Shown here one piece after another: positions 60,441-64,000 of a stretch of 64,000 bases of DNA. This stretch comes from Xylographa opegraphella. Its lineage: Eukaryota. Made by a program: the position numbers and the translations under genes. The notes under the pieces are model-generated. The model saw only the letters and a program-made list of their open reading frames with translations, had not been told where the DNA came from and did no database searches. Position 1 is the stretch's first letter. Each line of letters starts with the position of its first letter. The stretch lies in NCBI GenBank assembly GCA_022813865.1, contig JALDZX010000013.1, positions 124,001-188,000 on the forward strand, given 5' to 3'.

Positions 60441-61728
60441 GGTGGTGAGGAGTTGTGGCTCGCGGAGCGGGTAGGATGGGCGTGGGGGGTTTGCCGTGAG
60501 GGTGAGGTCGATGGCTGGAGAAGGAGGACGTGGATGCGCGAGAGAGAGGGAAGATGGATTCCTGCCGTTGGCGGACTCGATGTTCGTTCACGGATGAGAG
60601 AACACTCGCACGCACGGCACAATGAGAGGAGCGAAGAAAAGATGGGGGGGGGGACGCATGGAGAAAAGAAAGACTGAGTATTCTAGAGAGAGAAAGGGAG
60701 AGAGACAGCAACGAGCGGGAGAAGCACGGCAAACACAGAGCATGCCCTGAAACGGCTGGATGCGACTGCTTCCCAATAATCGACTGGCTTTCGTCCTGCA
60801 GCAATCGTTGTGTTAGGCTGCGGGAATGCCTTGGTGCGCGATTAGCATATTGGCGACTGGCGGCCGCTTTGGGAGGGGGGAGGTTGGTAGGTGCGCGTTT
60901 GGGGCGCGTGAGGGACCGGGGAGTGGGGAGCGGAGAAAAGTGCGGAGAATAGGAGATGGGGGAGGTGACTGATGGGCGAGATGGGATGGGGGGATGGGAG
61001 TGGGTGGTTTTGGTGGTGATTGGGTTTTCGTGGGTGGAAGAGAGGATACGTGGGTCTGCATGCGCCGTATATGGATCGGATGAAGTTTCCGTGTGATGGA
61101 TGACTTTCTTTTGGGGGATCGTTTTTTTGATCGCTGTGAGGATGGAGACTTCAGTTGGAGATCATGGAACAAGAGGCTCTTATGGGGATCAAGATGGAAT
61201 ATACATGAATTCCGATCAGTTCACGCGGGAAATGACCATACAGTACTCCTTATCAGGCTCCCATGACTGATGGACATGAATCCCTGAACCATCAATGGAA
61301 CAAGCGCATCACAATCTTCAAAGTCATAGGCTTTCAGTTGAATCCAGAAATGCATTCTCGGTCTATTCTACATTCTTTGCCCACCAGATAATTTCCAGAT
61401 TGACCATCCCGGACATATCCTAACCGAGACAAAACGCCGGGCGCTTGCTCCAACAGCAGAACAGCTTTGATGCGATGCATATCGTGCAATCCTCGTTGGT
61501 GTTGCAAAGCTTTCATTGCCAGGCATCACTGAACCCCAACCTCATCTCTTGTCCCGAGATGTGCAGAAGAGAGAAACACAGCTGGGGTATATGGCTAACG
61601 AATACACGTTCTATAAAACACATCGATCTACCTCGAGCACCTTACGGATACTGGAGGGAGAGAGTTACACAATCACAGCGACAGAATGGCCAAAGAAGCC
61701 AGTTGTCCGAAAGTTCCAGCTCGAAAGT

Positions 61729-64000
61729 CTAATGGTCCAATGGCTTCATTGCCGTCAGATACTCAAGCGGCACCTTCGGTACTTCGGGTGAGTTCGGAGC
61801 TTGGCTTTTGGATCTTGCTCTCGACTGACCGCGCAAGAGATCGCCCTGTCTCTGTTCACGGCCTGCCGAGCCGGGCATCATTCGTCGTGAGACGGTGGTT
61901 CTGCTTCTTCGCATCGTCTCGAAGACTGGTGGTCCATTGTTACCGGACGAACGCTCGTCGTCGGAAAAAAAGTCGTCCACTTCGTCTTCGGAGGTGATGT
62001 CACTTCCACTTGGTTGCAAGAAATTGTTGCTGGGAGAAGTGACGGAGCGGGCATGCATGCTGGGGCGAACTTGCAGCGTCGATGTGGCATTGTTTGTGAA
62101 CGCACCTGGCGTCATGATCGATGCGTCTTGGGGGGACATGAATGCATTGTGAAGCAGAGTACTTCCATCCTGGTTCAGAGATTTGTGGAGGATCGGGGCG
62201 GTCTGTTGATCATAAAGATCGGCTCCGTCGTTAGGACCGGGTCCATATCCAGTAATGGTAATGTCCGAGTACCCGTTCATGTAGCTGTTGTCGGATACTA
62301 AAGTATTATCCTCGAAGAAGTCATCCAAGCTATCAAGCTTCGAAACCAGATCTCCCACAGGAACATCAACGTTGACGTTATCATACACTTGCTCGGCATG
62401 AGCTTCCTCTGTCGCGACTGCTGTGCTGCCTTCCAATGGGAAATATGAACCATGATGAAACTCCTCGTTATCGAACTCGATCTCCGGTGTAGCCGTCGGC
62501 TGCGCTTCTACCCGACCGTCACCTGCAAACGTATAAAACACAGCGTGCACATTGACGCGAGTCACGTTGGCCTTCAGTGCCGGCGCAGGTATTGACCAGC
62601 CAGTCTCTTCCGGTATTCCATAGAGACTTTGAGTCTTCTCATACTCTTTTCGAATCGTTCTTGATCCATATGAAGCCATACTCATGCGAAGATGTTGCTT
62701 GTCCATTGGGGTCGCGGATACAGTCATGATGTTGTCCATGACTTCCAAAGCCCGAGGACAATATTCTGTTTGCAGAAGCCGCAGGAGCGGGGAGATGAGA
62801 TCCGGTCCATGAGAGGCAAAGTCTGACTGGCGCATATCGATGTTTGGTATCACAGCGCATAATATCTGCATAGTTTTAATTTTGTACCATGGCAGACGGT
62901 TGGTCAATAGACCCATGAGGAAGACCAAGCACTGGAACTGCAATCCTGGAAAGGGTAATAGCTGTATCGTGGATAGAAACTGATCTAAGAACTCTTTGGC
63001 AGATGTGTATCTGCCATAGATGAAAGTATTGAGTACTATCGACGTCTCGTGAAAATCTTTCGACTCCGTCGCCTCCATCAGCGCTCGTGCTGCAACGGTC
63101 ACGGTAGGATCGTTCGAAAAAGGCCCATTATCGAAGGTGTGCAAGAAGCATGGTAGATGAGAGAGAAGAGCGAAGAGCAGGCGACTCTGATCTCCCAAAA
63201 GCTCACTATCAGGCAGTAGCATAGTGAGCATAATTATCGATAATGTCTTGTGCAGTGAAGTATCGGATTTTAGACCTTTGTACACAAGAGACATGATGCC
63301 GTCAAATGAGCCCTCCCACTTCTCCGGTTTGGCTTCTAAGAGTAGTCGGATTACCGCTGGGTCACTGAAATCCACTTTAGCCAGCAGAGTCTCCAGCATG
63401 CCCAGTGTTTCGACAAATTCACACTCATTGACGGTGTTTAAACAGGCACAGGTTACCCAAAAAAGCTGGGGGTATTTAAGCTGATCTGCAGGTTCTAGTG
63501 CGGCTATTATTGTCTTCAACGTGGCAAGGATCTCCATGGAGAATGATTGAAGTTCTGGTAGTTCATCAGCGATGGTGTTGGATAGTCGGGCGAGCATATC
63601 TTGGAGCATCGTTTTATCCAATGATGAGAGAATACAACGGAAAATCTGAAAGGATCGGCAGGCTAAATGTCTCACAGGGCAGGCAGTTGCCCAAGTCAGA
63701 GTGGTTTTCGCCCATTGCTCGTGGATGTTAGGATATGCTAGTGAGAATAGATTGATGATCTCGTCGCAGACATGTGTCATCGCATTCGGCACTCGATTAC
63801 TGTCAGTGGTGGTGTCCATCGCACCACCATCGTGATAACTCCAGACCACTTTCGCATCCGACTGTCTTATCAAATCGATGAAAGCCTCGATTTTTGCCTT
63901 CGTGGGGCTCGTATTGTCGTCACCTATCTTGGAAATTACCAATTCATGAATCAAGTGGACTAGCATCTCACGTGCCTGCTCCTGCACTACTATTGTGTAG
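61729..64000 (-). CDS. TAO3: Cell morphogenesis protein Tao3/Pag1/Mor2 (Furry family), 3' part; runs off the window end
   Basis: VQEQAREMLVHLIHEL, WATACPVRHLACRSFQIFRC, DMLARLSNTIAD, PQLFWVTCACL, DLISPLLRLLQT, SLYGIPEETGWSIP. Confidence 0.93.
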   Translation of the reverse strand, partial: YTIVVQEQAREMLVHLIHELVISKIGDDNTSPTKAKIEAFIDLIRQSDAKVVWSYHDGGAMDTTTDSNRVPNAMTHVCDEIINLFSLAYPNIHEQWAKTTLTWATACPVRHLACRSFQIFRCILSSLDKTMLQDMLARLSNTIADELPELQSFSMEILATLKTIIAALEPADQLKYPQLFWVTCACLNTVNECEFVETLGMLETLLAKVDFSDPAVIRLLLEAKPEKWEGSFDGIMSLVYKGLKSDTSLHKTLSIIMLTMLLPDSELLGDQSRLLFALLSHLPCFLHTFDNGPFSNDPTVTVAARALMEATESKDFHETSIVLNTFIYGRYTSAKEFLDQFLSTIQLLPFPGLQFQCLVFLMGLLTNRLPWYKIKTMQILCAVIPNIDMRQSDFASHGPDLISPLLRLLQTEYCPRALEVMDNIMTVSATPMDKQHLRMSMASYGSRTIRKEYEKTQSLYGIPEETGWSIPAPALKANVTRVNVHAVFYTFAGDGRVEAQPTATPEIEFDNEEFHHGSYFPLEGSTAVATEEAHAEQVYDNVNVDVPVGDLVSKLDSLDDFFEDNTLVSDNSYMNGYSDITITGYGPGPNDGADLYDQQTAPILHKSLNQDGSTLLHNAFMSPQDASIMTPGAFTNNATSTLQVRPSMHARSVTSPSNNFLQPSGSDITSEDEVDDFFSDDERSSGNNGPPVFETMRRSRTTVSRRMMPGSAGREQRQGDLLRGQSRARSKSQAPNSPEVPKVPLEYLTAMKPLDH

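Overview
Gene-dense eukaryotic DNA from a filamentous ascomycete (Pezizomycotina-type; ~50-65 nt spliceosomal introns with CTRAY branch points). About 24 protein-coding genes can be supported. Conserved ones include a HAD phosphatase, a TTC1-like TPR protein, XAP5/FAM50, HEI10, ASI3, Clr2, a SNF2/ISWI-type ATPase with C-terminal PHD fingers, RPN1, RIO2, a Spo5/RBMS-like RRM protein, MRP20 (mt uL23), MLH1, a GNAT, IDI1 and the 3' part of TAO3/PAG1. Accessory-looking ones include an Amidoligase_2 enzyme, a coiled-coil repeat protein, a divergent APT1-like esterase and a CVNH lectin with a CaaX box. There is also a decayed pseudogene near 50-52 kb and a 15-bp minisatellite. No rRNA, tRNA, CRISPR array or intact transposon was recognised. 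The most striking unexplained structure is a series of 0.5-2 kb GC-rich islands that always read C-rich then G-rich on the + strand, whatever the gene orientation. Three probable GC-AG introns were also found. Family assignments come from motif recognition by eye, not from database searches.
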